Origin: Bacteroidales bacterium
GTDB taxonomy: Bacteria > Bacteroidota > Bacteroidia > Bacteroidales > UBA932
Reading direction: 5' to 3'
Assembly: GCA_041670905.1 (NCBI GenBank)
Contig: JBAXYG010000001.1
Location: 1-40,577 of the forward strand
Length of the DNA: 40,577 bases
Below, piece by piece: positions 18,183-29,100 of this stretch (position 1 is the first letter of the stretch; the number at the start of each line of letters is the position of its first letter). The notes below the pieces were generated by a model. The model did not search any database and had not been told where the DNA came from. It saw only the letters and a program-made list of their open reading frames with translations. Both the position numbers and the translations under genes were made by a program.

Positions 18183-19382
18183 ATGAAGACAGAAGGAAAA
18201 CAAATCGGGTTAGTTGAACTGCAAGAACAGATAAAAGACAGTGTTGAAGGTGTTTATAAAGAACACATATGGGTTTGTGCAGAGATTAGTGAAATAAAAA
18301 ATCATCCTTCGGGACACTGTTACCTTACACTTATTGAAAAAGATAAAGATGGTGATGGGGTTAGCGCAAAGGCTGCGGCAATAATATGGTCATCATCATA
18401 CAGAGTTGTCAGACCATACTTTGAAACAACTACAGGTGAGCCTCTTTCAGTCGGAATGCATATACTTGTGAAAGTTCAGGTACAATACTCCATTTTATAC
18501 GGAGTCTCTTTGATAGTATATGACATTGACCCTTCATTTACTGTGGGAGAAATTGAACTTGAAAGACAAAGGACAATTAAAAGATTACAGGAAGAGGGAA
18601 TGTTTGAGATGAATACAACGTTGGTACTTCCTTTACTTCCCAGAAGATTTGCTGTGATTTCAAGTGATACTGCTGCCGGATATAGAGATTTTATGAATCA
18701 TTTACATAAGAATGAGTATGATTATAAATTTTATACCAAGCTATTTTCGGCTCCTATGCAGGGGAAAGATGCCCCTAATGGAATAATATCGGCACTGGAA
18801 GAAATAGCAGACCAGATAGACTCTTTTGATGCAGTTTTGGTTTTAAGGGGAGGAGGTTCTTCACATGATCTTGCTTGTTTTGACGACTATAATCTTGCTG
18901 TAAATATTGCCCAGTTTCCTATCCCTGTATTAACTGGAATCGGGCATGATCAGGATTATCATATAGTTGATATGGTAGCATACGCAAACGTGAAGACCCC
19001 AACTGCTTTAGCGGATTATATTATTGATTTTTTCGTTCAGGAAGAATATCAAATATCCTCACTGGCATCAAGACTGCAACTTGCTTTAAGCGGTAAATGG
19101 CAGCAGGAACTTTCCAGAATAGAAAAATATAAACTTCAGATTAATAATTCATTTTTACGTAAAATAGTTCAAGAAAAAAATAAGATTGAATTATATGAGT
19201 ATAAAATAGCATCATTAAATCCGGTTACTATTCTGGAAAAGGGTTTTGTCGTAGCTTTGAAAGAAGGGGAAAGATTGGATTCGATAGAAAAGATTGTTGA
19301 GGGAGATAATCTGACATTGATGTTTAAAGATGGGATAGTGGAATGTGTTGTAAAATCTAAAACCAAAAACCAAAAAAAATGA
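18183..19382 (+). CDS. xseA: exodeoxyribonuclease VII large subunit
   Basis: N-terminal OB-fold segment (VWVCAEISEIKNHPSGHCYLTL) and a catalytic region with VLRGGGSSHDL. Length is 399 aa. Confidence 0.93.
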   Translation: MKTEGKQIGLVELQEQIKDSVEGVYKEHIWVCAEISEIKNHPSGHCYLTLIEKDKDGDGVSAKAAAIIWSSSYRVVRPYFETTTGEPLSVGMHILVKVQVQYSILYGVSLIVYDIDPSFTVGEIELERQRTIKRLQEEGMFEMNTTLVLPLLPRRFAVISSDTAAGYRDFMNHLHKNEYDYKFYTKLFSAPMQGKDAPNGIISALEEIADQIDSFDAVLVLRGGGSSHDLACFDDYNLAVNIAQFPIPVLTGIGHDQDYHIVDMVAYANVKTPTALADYIIDFFVQEEYQISSLASRLQLALSGKWQQELSRIEKYKLQINNSFLRKIVQEKNKIELYEYKIASLNPVTILEKGFVVALKEGERLDSIEKIVEGDNLTLMFKDGIVECVVKSKTKNQKK

Positions 19383-19567
19383 AAAAGATTTCTTATGAAG
19401 AGGCTCTAAAGCAATTGGATGAGCTTGTAGGGCAAATTGAAGATCCCAAACGCAATTTAACTACAACTGGTGAGGATGTAAAAAAGGCAATGGAACTGAT
19501 AAAATATTGCAAGGAACTTTTGCGTGGTGATCAGGATAAAATTGAAAAGATAATCAACGAATCTTAA
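19379..19567 (+). CDS. xseB: exodeoxyribonuclease VII small subunit
   Basis: A 62-aa helical protein (SYEEALKQLDELVGQIED). Its start overlaps the xseA stop by 4 nt. Confidence 0.85.
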   Translation: MKKISYEEALKQLDELVGQIEDPKRNLTTTGEDVKKAMELIKYCKELLRGDQDKIEKIINES

Positions 19568-19578
19568 TACCAAATGAC

Positions 19579-21552
19579 ATGATATATGAAAATGATCCTT
19601 ATTTGGAACCATACAAGAGTGTGATTATTGAGAGAAATCAGCGTATTCTCCTTCAAAAACAAGAGATTGCTGGGTATGGAAAAACATTGAACAGTGCAAT
19701 TAATAATCATCTATATTATGTTTTGCATAAAAATGATAAAGTATGGGTTTTCAGAGAGTGGGCTCCAAATGCAACGAAAATTTTTCTTATAGGAGATTTT
19801 AATGAATGGGTAAAAAGTGAAAAATATTCTCTTAAACCAGTGGGTAGAGGTAACTGGGAGCTTATGCTGCCTATTGAGGAGGTCCATCACGAAGATAAAT
19901 ATAAATGGTATATAGAATGGCCTGGTGGGGGTGGAGAGAGAATCCCCGCTTATGCTACAAGATGTGTACAGGATGATGTAACAAAGATATTTTCTGCACA
20001 GGTATGGTTTCCTGAAAAGAAATATAAATGGAAACAAAAATTCAACACAAAAATAGAAAATCCAATTGTATATGAGGCACATATCGGGATGAGTTCGGAA
20101 AAAGAGAAGGTTGCCACTTTTGATGAATTCCGTATGGATGTTTTACCTCGAATTTATGATCTTGGATATAATACAATTCAGATAATGGCTTTGCAGGAGC
20201 ATCCTTATTATGGCTCATTCGGATATCAGGTTTCCAATTTTTTTGCCTTGAGCAGTAGATTTGGTACTCCGGATGAATTTAAAGCTTTGGTAGATGAGGC
20301 ACACCGACTAGGTATAGCAGTGATTATGGATATTGTTCATTCCCACTCGGTTAATAATGTTGCTGAGGGGTTAAGTATGTTTGATGGTACTGAAACCACA
20401 TATTTTCATTCCGGGGCAAGGGGACAACATCCTGCATGGACTTCAAGATGCTTTAATTATGGAAAAAGTGAAACATTGCACTTTCTTCTTTCAAATTGTA
20501 AGTACTGGTTAGAAGCGTATAATCTGGACGGATTCCGTTTTGACGGAGTGACTAGTATGCTCTATTATGATCATGGATTGGAAAGAAATTTTGTTGGATA
20601 TCAGAACTATTTTGATGCGGCTGAGGATGAAGATGCCATCACTTATCTTGGTCTTGTCAATATACTAATTAAGGAATTGAATCCTAATGCTTTTACAATT
20701 GCTGAGGATATGTCCGGAATGCCGGGCCTTGCGGCTCCTTTATCTGAGGGGGGAATTGGCTTTGACTTCAGAATGAGTATGGGAATATCTGATCATTGGA
20801 TAAAATGGATTAAGGAGTTGTCTGATTGGGATTGGAATATGGGAGAAATTTATTATCAACTGACAAATAAGAGAGAAGATGAAAAAACTATAAGTTATGC
20901 AGAATGCCATGATCAGGCCTTAGTTGGGGATAAGACGATAATATTTCGCCTGATGGATAAGGAGATGTACTTTAGTATGAATAAAAGTTCTGAAAATATT
21001 ATAGTTGACAGGGGGATGGCTCTTCATAAGATGATTAGACTTGTCACTATTGGAACGGCAGGGGATGGTTACCTTAATTTTATGGGGAACGAATTTGGTC
21101 ATCCTGAATGGATAGATTTTCCAAGAGAAGGTAATAATTGGTCATTTTTTTATGCCAGAAGACAATGGAGTTTGGCGGATTCCGATTTGCTGCGTTACAA
21201 ATTGTTACTCAATTTTGATAAAGCTATGATACACTTGATTGATAATACTAAAATATTGAAAAACAGACCATATTCTTTAAGACAAGATGAAATAAAAAAA
21301 ATTCTTATATTTATCAGAAGTGGTTTTTTATTCGTTTTTAATTTCAATCCTGATTCTTCTTTTGAGGGTTACGAATTTGAAGCGCCTGCAGGCAAATGGG
21401 AAGTGGTTCTTGATAGTGATGCTGTGAAATTTGGCGGGTTTGGACGCAATAGTGATGATATACCACACTTTACTCATTTGGAGGTTGACAAGAATATACT
21501 TTCTTTATATATTCCAAGTCGTACGGCATTGATTTTGCGACAAATCGTCTGA
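19579..21552 (+). CDS. glgB: 1,4-alpha-glucan branching enzyme, eukaryote-like GH13 type
   Basis: N-terminus DPYLEPY... followed by WAPNA...GDFNEW. GH13 regions GFRFDGVTSM, IAEDMSG and ECHDQA are present. Length is 657 aa. Confidence 0.92.
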   Translation: MIYENDPYLEPYKSVIIERNQRILLQKQEIAGYGKTLNSAINNHLYYVLHKNDKVWVFREWAPNATKIFLIGDFNEWVKSEKYSLKPVGRGNWELMLPIEEVHHEDKYKWYIEWPGGGGERIPAYATRCVQDDVTKIFSAQVWFPEKKYKWKQKFNTKIENPIVYEAHIGMSSEKEKVATFDEFRMDVLPRIYDLGYNTIQIMALQEHPYYGSFGYQVSNFFALSSRFGTPDEFKALVDEAHRLGIAVIMDIVHSHSVNNVAEGLSMFDGTETTYFHSGARGQHPAWTSRCFNYGKSETLHFLLSNCKYWLEAYNLDGFRFDGVTSMLYYDHGLERNFVGYQNYFDAAEDEDAITYLGLVNILIKELNPNAFTIAEDMSGMPGLAAPLSEGGIGFDFRMSMGISDHWIKWIKELSDWDWNMGEIYYQLTNKREDEKTISYAECHDQALVGDKTIIFRLMDKEMYFSMNKSSENIIVDRGMALHKMIRLVTIGTAGDGYLNFMGNEFGHPEWIDFPREGNNWSFFYARRQWSLADSDLLRYKLLLNFDKAMIHLIDNTKILKNRPYSLRQDEIKKILIFIRSGFLFVFNFNPDSSFEGYEFEAPAGKWEVVLDSDAVKFGGFGRNSDDIPHFTHLEVDKNILSLYIPSRTALILRQIV

Positions 21553-21632
21553 ATATTTCTAAAATACGGAAGAAATTTGTATTTTAAAATTCACAATTTA
21601 TAGTAACTTGCAAAGTTTAATAACGTGTGAGT

Positions 21633-23570
21633 ATGGCCTATTTGAAATTCAACAAAGCAGAGCTTGTAAATCTTGAATACTCGCTCAAGCGCGAAATGAT
21701 ATCAAGCAATAGTTCGGGTGCGTATGTAAATACAACTATTGTTTTTTGCAATACGAGAAAATATCACGGATTGCTGGTTGTTCCTATTGACAATTTTGAT
21801 GGAGAAAAGCATATTTTGCTTTCATCTCTGGATGAAACGTTGATTCAACATGGAAAAGGATTCAATCTTGGAATACATTGCTACGGTGAGGTCCATGAGC
21901 CTCGTGGTCATAAGTATATTATTGATTTTGAAATTGACCCCATACCTACAATTACATACAATGTAGGAGGAATGGTGTTACAAAAATCTTTTATTCTAGT
22001 AAAAAATGAAAATCAACTGCTGATTAAGTACACTCTTATAGATGCTCATTCAGATACTATACTTAGGCTTAAACCTTTTCTTGCATTCAGAAACATTCAC
22101 TCATTGACCCAAGAAAACAATATTGCCGACAAACACTATGATTTTGTAGAAAATGGTTGTAGATTCAAAATGTATGAAGGGTTTCCCGATCTTAATCTAC
22201 AGATTTCAAAAAAAAACGATTATGTTGCTAATCCTGATTGGTACAAAGGATTAGTTTACAGAGAGGAATTCAGGAGAGGATTTGATTGCACGGAGGATTT
22301 GTTTGTTCCCGGATTCTTTGAGATGCCGATTAAAAAAGGGGAAACGATAATTTTTTCCGCATCAACAAATGAAATAAAATCGGCATCATTAAAACAAAAA
22401 TTTGCTAAAGAGTTGCTTTCTGTCAGAAAGGTGGAAAATTATGAGGATTGCCTTCATAGCTCCGCAGATCAGCTTTTTGCTAAAAGAGGCAATAAAGTGG
22501 AAATTTGTAATGGATTTTCATGGATGGCAACAGGTGTTTTAAGAGATACTTGTATAGCTCTGCCGGGACTGACTCTATATAATAATTCAGACCTTACTTT
22601 ATTCAAAAAAGTGCTGGATGATTCCATTGCCAAACATAATTATTTTATTCTTAACGGCTCTCATCAGGTGGAAGCGCCATTGAGACTTACCGAGACGATT
22701 CAGCATATGGTTTCTTATACTTCTGATGCTGAAGGAGTTTGGGTGAAATATGGGAAATTACTTAAGGATATTATTAAAAGTTATATTAAAGGACGTCCAG
22801 AGGTACAACTTAGTGAAAATGGCTTACTTTGGGCTGAATTGCCTGGTGTGGCGCTTACCTGGATGAATGCGTATATTGAAGGAAAACCATTAAATGAACG
22901 AGCCGGATATCAGGTTGAAACTAACTGTTTCTGGTATAATTCAATCTGCTTTGCCCTCGATATGGAAAAATCATTTGGAGATGAGAAGAGGTTTATTGAT
23001 GAATGTGAACAGATAAAAGTTTTGATAGATAATAATTTTCAGGATATATTTTGGGTTGAAAAACGTCATCATCTGGCTGATTACGTTGGTTCTGGGGGAC
23101 AGAATATGGATACCAGGCCGAATCAGATATATTCATGTTCTTTACAATACAGTCCTGTTTCAGAAGAGATTCAAGCTGATGTCATACGTTCTTTAAGTAA
23201 GGAATTGCTTACAACAAAAGGATTAAGAACACTTTCTCCCAAAAGCCCTCTTTATAGGGGTACTTATGACGGGGATCAGAATCAAAGAGATATGTCTTAT
23301 CACAATGGGTGTGTGAGACCGTGGCTGCTTGGTCCTTATATTTCTGCCAATTTCAAACTTCATGGCGCTGCATTTATTACTACGGCTGAGAAATTGACCA
23401 ATGCATTTGAGGAAGATATGAATATTCACGGTTTGGGTGCACTCGCTGAGATTTATGATGGTGACCCACCACATTATCCCCATGGTGCAATTATTTCAGC
23501 TTTAAGTACTGCTGAATTATTGAGGGCAAAATATCTTATAACTAAGTATAAACAGGAGGAAGAGATATGA
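21633..23570 (+). CDS. glycogen debranching enzyme (GDE N-terminal domain + amylo-alpha-1,6-glucosidase domain)
   Basis: The domain order and length (~645 aa) are typical of the bacterial GDE family. I chose the ATG at 21633; the track ORF begins at a GTG two codons upstream (21627). Confidence 0.86.
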   Translation: MAYLKFNKAELVNLEYSLKREMISSNSSGAYVNTTIVFCNTRKYHGLLVVPIDNFDGEKHILLSSLDETLIQHGKGFNLGIHCYGEVHEPRGHKYIIDFEIDPIPTITYNVGGMVLQKSFILVKNENQLLIKYTLIDAHSDTILRLKPFLAFRNIHSLTQENNIADKHYDFVENGCRFKMYEGFPDLNLQISKKNDYVANPDWYKGLVYREEFRRGFDCTEDLFVPGFFEMPIKKGETIIFSASTNEIKSASLKQKFAKELLSVRKVENYEDCLHSSADQLFAKRGNKVEICNGFSWMATGVLRDTCIALPGLTLYNNSDLTLFKKVLDDSIAKHNYFILNGSHQVEAPLRLTETIQHMVSYTSDAEGVWVKYGKLLKDIIKSYIKGRPEVQLSENGLLWAELPGVALTWMNAYIEGKPLNERAGYQVETNCFWYNSICFALDMEKSFGDEKRFIDECEQIKVLIDNNFQDIFWVEKRHHLADYVGSGGQNMDTRPNQIYSCSLQYSPVSEEIQADVIRSLSKELLTTKGLRTLSPKSPLYRGTYDGDQNQRDMSYHNGCVRPWLLGPYISANFKLHGAAFITTAEKLTNAFEEDMNIHGLGALAEIYDGDPPHYPHGAIISALSTAELLRAKYLITKYKQEEEI

Positions 23571-24865
23571 GAGTTTTGATGTTTGGTTGGGAATTTCCTC
23601 CACATATTGCCGGAGGTCTTGGTACTGCTTGTTATGGTTTGACAAAAGGACTTGCAAAAAATAATGTTGAAGTTCTGTTTGTAATGCCTTCTGCATATGG
23701 TGATGAGGATCAGAGTTCTGTAAAGATAATAAATGCCAGCGATGTAGAAGTTTATGACATATGCAAAAATGTGGATGAATTTTTAAATAAAGTAGATTTT
23801 TTACGTATAGGATCAAATCTGATGCCTTACATTGATCCTGTAAGTTTTTCAGAACTTGTTTCAAAGGAGCAGAGTTTCCAGAGTGAAGAATTTAAGATTC
23901 ATTTTCAACAGAAATATGTTTTCTCCGGGAAATACGGAACTAATCTTATGGAGGAAGTAGCCCGCTATGCAATGGTTGCAGGTGCAATAGCTCTTGAAAA
24001 TAAATTTGATGTAATTCATGCTCATGATTGGTTAACTTATCTTGCCGGAATAGCAGCAAAAAGAATTACAGGGAAACCGCTTATAATTCATGTACATGCT
24101 ACTGAATTTGATCGCTCGGGAGACAATATTAATACCGAAGTGTTCAATCTTGAACAGATGGGGATGCAAGAGGCTGATAAAATCATTACTGTGAGTCAAC
24201 TTACAAGAAATATTGTCGTCAATAAATACGGAATTGATCCCAATAAGGTTGTGACGGTTCATAATGCCGTAGATTTTGATGGAAGAAGTGAAATAACTAT
24301 ACAACGTGGTGTAAAAGAAAAAGTTGTTACTTTTTTAGGAAGGGTCACTTTTCAGAAAGGGCCAGAATATTTTATTGAAGCAGCAAACAAGGTTTTGAAA
24401 ATGTACCCGAATGTTCGTTTTGTGATGGCTGGGAGTGGGGATTTGCTTAACCGTTCTATTCGTCGTGTGGCAAAGTTGGGAATATCAAATAAATTTCATT
24501 TTACCGGATTCTTGAAAGGAATGGAGGTACAAAAGATGTTTGCCAATTCTGATGTCTATGTAATGCCGTCTGTCTCGGAACCTTTTGGTATTTCTCCGTT
24601 GGAAGCAATGAAATCAAATGTTCCAACAATTATTTCAAAACAGTCTGGTGTCGCCGAAGTTTTGGATTATGCAATAAAGGTTGATTTTTGGGATATTGAT
24701 GCTATGGCAGATGCTATTTATGGATTACTTGCTTATCCTGCTCTTTCTGATATGGCGGTAAAAAGTGGACTTGATGAGGTAAATACCTTAAAATGGGATA
24801 TGGCAGCCTCAAAGGTTAAAGATATATATGAAGAAGTTATAAACGGTTCAGAAAATAAAATTTAA
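23567..24865 (+). CDS. GT4 family glycosyltransferase (glycogen-cluster associated)
   Basis: GT-B fold N-terminus MRVLMFGWEFPPHIAGGLGTA and an E-x7-E motif (EPFGISPLE). The start overlaps the upstream stop (ATGA). Confidence 0.87.
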   Translation: MRVLMFGWEFPPHIAGGLGTACYGLTKGLAKNNVEVLFVMPSAYGDEDQSSVKIINASDVEVYDICKNVDEFLNKVDFLRIGSNLMPYIDPVSFSELVSKEQSFQSEEFKIHFQQKYVFSGKYGTNLMEEVARYAMVAGAIALENKFDVIHAHDWLTYLAGIAAKRITGKPLIIHVHATEFDRSGDNINTEVFNLEQMGMQEADKIITVSQLTRNIVVNKYGIDPNKVVTVHNAVDFDGRSEITIQRGVKEKVVTFLGRVTFQKGPEYFIEAANKVLKMYPNVRFVMAGSGDLLNRSIRRVAKLGISNKFHFTGFLKGMEVQKMFANSDVYVMPSVSEPFGISPLEAMKSNVPTIISKQSGVAEVLDYAIKVDFWDIDAMADAIYGLLAYPALSDMAVKSGLDEVNTLKWDMAASKVKDIYEEVINGSENKI

Positions 24866-24875
24866 AATCATTAAT

Positions 24876-26108
24876 ATGAAAAAGACGATTTGTTTCTACT
24901 TTCAGGTACATCAGCCAGATAGATTGAGGTTGTTCCGGTTTTTTGATATTGGTAATGATTTTCATTATTTCGATGAATTTGCTAACAGGACAATTTTGCG
25001 TAGAGTGGCTGACAAATGTTACCTTCCTGCAAATGCTCTTTTGATTGAATTGATAAAAAAGTATGACAAGCAGTTTAAAGTTGCTTTTTCTATATCTGGT
25101 GTTGTTTTAGAACAATTTATTAAATATGCTCCGGAGGTAATAGAAAGTTTTAAGACTCTCGCCCAAACCGGTTGTGTTGAATTTCTTGCCGAAACTTATT
25201 CTCATTCTTTGGCATCTCTTTCTTCAGTATCGGAATTCAAAAATCAGGTTAAACAACATTCCGATATGATTGAAAAATATTTTGGAGTAAAACCTGTTGC
25301 TTTCAGAAATACCGAATTGATATATTCAGATGAGATTGGATCGATTGTGGCGGGGATGGGATATGATGTGATGTTGGTAGAGGGGGCAAAGCATATTCTT
25401 GGATGGAAGAGTCCAAATTATATTTATACTAATGCAATTAATCCAAGGTTGAAACTTTTGTTAAAGAATTTCAGTTTGAGTGATGATATTGCATTCAGAT
25501 TTTCAGACAATTCTTGGGACAGTTGGCCTTTGACTTCGGAAAAATATGCTGCATGGATTGCTCAAGCTCTTGAAAAAGACGATATAGTCAATCTTTTTAT
25601 GGATTATGAGACTTTCGGGGAACATCAAAATGTTTCCACAGGTATTTTTGATTTCATGTATGCTCTTCCCGGGGCTATATTGTCACAGAACCAAATTGAA
25701 TTTTGTACTCCGAGCGAGGCTGTAAAAAAACATCAACCTGTTGCACCTCTTCATGTTCCTTTCCCCATTTCCTGGGCGGACGAAGAGAGAGATACAAGCG
25801 CATGGTTGGGTAATGAACTTCAGAATGAGGCTTTTAAAAAAATATATAGTATTGAGTCAAAAGTACTTAAAACAAAAGATGATAAACTTATAAATACATA
25901 TAGAAAACTACAGGAGAGTGACCATTTCTATTATATGTGTACTAAATTTTTCTCTGATGGAGCTGTACATAGTTATTTTAATCCCTATGACACTCCTTAT
26001 GAGGCATTCATCAACTATATGAATGTTTTTAGTGATTTTGAAATAAGAATAGATAATAAGTTGAAAGAATCTAAGACCCAAAATACTATGAAACACAATC
26101 AAAAATAG
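24876..26108 (+). CDS. GH57 family alpha-amylase/glucanotransferase
   Basis: N-terminal FQVHQPDRL signature and the FMDYETFGEH catalytic region typical of GH57. Length is 410 aa. Confidence 0.87.
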   Translation: MKKTICFYFQVHQPDRLRLFRFFDIGNDFHYFDEFANRTILRRVADKCYLPANALLIELIKKYDKQFKVAFSISGVVLEQFIKYAPEVIESFKTLAQTGCVEFLAETYSHSLASLSSVSEFKNQVKQHSDMIEKYFGVKPVAFRNTELIYSDEIGSIVAGMGYDVMLVEGAKHILGWKSPNYIYTNAINPRLKLLLKNFSLSDDIAFRFSDNSWDSWPLTSEKYAAWIAQALEKDDIVNLFMDYETFGEHQNVSTGIFDFMYALPGAILSQNQIEFCTPSEAVKKHQPVAPLHVPFPISWADEERDTSAWLGNELQNEAFKKIYSIESKVLKTKDDKLINTYRKLQESDHFYYMCTKFFSDGAVHSYFNPYDTPYEAFINYMNVFSDFEIRIDNKLKESKTQNTMKHNQK

Positions 26109-26112
26109 ATTT

Positions 26113-29100
26113 ATGAAAATTGAAAAAACGATTATACCAGATTACCTATTTGAAGTAAGCTGGGAAGTATGTAATAAGATTGGTGGGATACATACGGTTA
26201 TTGCAACCAAATCACTTTTTCTTGGGAAGGAGTTTAAAAAGAACCACATACATATAGGTCCTGATGTCTGGATGGATACTAAACAAAATCCGGAATTCAC
26301 TGAAGATCCGTTACTTTTTCGTTCTTGGAAAGCTGCTGCTAATGAGGAAGGATTACGTGTTAGAATCGGGCGTTGGAATGTCGCCGGCAAACCGGTTGCT
26401 ATTTTAGTGGATTTTACACAATTTATATCAAAAAAAGATGAAATTCTTACCGGATTTTGGAAAAAATTTAAAGTTGATTCTCTAAGTGGTAATTGGGAAT
26501 ATATCGAGTCTGCACTTTTTGGTTATGCTGCTGGAAAAGTGATAGAAAGTTTTGTGAAATTTAATGTTCATCCTCATCATAAGGTTGTTGCACAGTTCCA
26601 CGAATGGATGACAGGAGCAGGTCTGCTTTATATAAAAGATACTAATCTGCCTATAGGAACAATTTTTACAACACATGCTACAATTGTTGGGCGATGTGTT
26701 GCCGGGAAAAACCTTCCTTTATATGATCAGATGTCACATATGAACGGAGATGAACTTGCAAGGGAATTCGGGGTAGTTGCCCGGCATTCTTTGGAGAAAG
26801 CTGCAGCGGTAAACTCCGATGTATTTACGACTGTAAGTGATATTACCGCTATTGAATGCGAACAGTTTTTAGAAAGAAAAGTGGATATTATAACACCGAA
26901 TGGTTTTGAGAACAGTTTTACTCCTAAAGAAGATGAGTTTAAATCATATCAAGATCGTGCCCGTAAGAAACTTCTAGAAGTTGCCTCTATAATGTCCGGT
27001 CAGCATTATGCTGATGACTCTATTCTGATATGCATAAGTGGCCGTTATGAGTATAGGAATAAAGGAATTGATGTTTTCATAGATGCTTTAAGCAGATTGA
27101 ATACAGGCAGTTATTCCGGGAAAAAAGTTCTTGCATTTATTATGGTTCCTTCCGGAAATAACGGACCTAACAAGGATCTTCTTGCAAAAATGCAGAATCC
27201 ATCGATAGATTATACTACAAATACTACTCATTATTTAATTGATGATTATGATGCAATCACAAATCGTCTGAAAGAACTGAATCTTAAAAACAGAGATTCA
27301 GATGAAGTGTCTGTATTTTTTGCTCCTACTTATTTGAATGGTAATGATGGAATATTCAATTTGAGTTATTACGATTTGCTGGTTGGTATGGATTTATCAA
27401 TATTTCCGTCATATTATGAACCATGGGGATATACACCACTTGAATCGCTCGCATTTATGGTCCCTACTGTTACTACAACTTTGGCCGGATTTGGTCTGTG
27501 GGTGCAGATGCATTACCCTAAAAATAAAAGCCATAGAGGCATTGAGATTATATTGAGAAATGATTCTAACTATGATGATGTTGTAAATGGGGTGGTTGAT
27601 CGTATAATTGAGATTGCCAAACTCACTCCAAAGGATATGTTAATTTATAAGCAGAACGCAAAAGATGTTTCGACCATTGCGCTTTGGGAAAATAACATCG
27701 TCTATTATATGAACGCCTATTCTATTGCCATAGAAAAAGTTATAGCTTCAAAAGGAGAGTATCCCGAGATTGTGGACAATAAGCCTCAATCTTACAAGAA
27801 GCTTTGTGCCAATAACCCATCATGGAATAGAGTTCTTATCAACAGACAGATACCTGACAGACTGAAGTCACTTGATACGATTTCTAAAAATATGTGGTGG
27901 TGTTGGAATGAGAATGCTATTGATTTGTTCCGAAATATTGATAAAGAATTGTGGGATTTAACAGATGGGAATCCGATTGCTGTTTTAGATATGATAAATC
28001 TTAAACGGTATAAGGAACTTGAAAAAGATGAAGTGTTTCTGCAAAATCTTGATTCCGTATATGATTCGTTCAACAAATATATGGATGAAAAAAAACATCT
28101 TAAAGGACCAAGCGTTGCTTATTTTTGTATGGAATATGGTTTGGATACCTCGCTTAAGATATATTCTGGTGGATTGGGAATTCTTGCCGGAGACTATTTG
28201 AAGGAATCGAGTGACATGATGGTAAAGATTACAGCAGTTGGACTTTTGTATAGATATGGATATTTTACACAACATTTGTCAGCCATGGGAGATCAAGTTT
28301 CTACATATGAACCTCAGGATTTTATGAAGATACCGGCTATCCCAGTCCGTGATGAAGATGACAATTGGATAACAATAAGTGTTGCCTTTCCCGGAAGAAA
28401 TATTTATGCCAGATTGTGGAGAGTTGATGTTGGGCGTACCGAATTATATCTTCTTGACACCGACTTTGAAGATAACCTGCCTAAAGATCGCCAGGTTACC
28501 CATTATTTGTATGGAGGAGACTGGGAAAACAGGTTAAAACAGGAATTATTGCTTGGCGTCGGTGGTATAAGAGCATTAAGAGCTTTGGGAATAGAAGCAG
28601 ATATATATCATTGCAATGAAGGTCATGCGGCATTTACTGGTGTAGAGAGATTAAATGAATATATTTCGCAAGATAACCTCTCATTTCCTGAAGCAATGGA
28701 GGTGGTAAGAGGTTCATCCCTGTTTACTACGCATACTCCTGTCCCTGCAGGTCATGATTCATTTTCGGAAGATTTATTGAGGGTATATATTGCCCATTAT
28801 CCAGCCCGGTTGAAAATTGATTGGCAAACTTTAATGGGTTTGGGTAAATTAGATGCCTGTAATAGTAATGAAAAGTTTTCAATGAGTATTCTTGCCGCCA
28901 ATCTTTCTCAGGAAATTAACGGAGTGAGTTGGATGCATGGAAAGGTAAGTCGACATATTCTTGCAAACATGTGGCCAGGATATCTTCCAGAGGAGTTGAA
29001 TGTAAGTTATGTGACGAATGGTGTTCATTATCCAACATGGACAGCTCCTGAATGGAAAAAAATACATGCTAAGGTTTTTGGTGAAAAATTCTTAACTCAT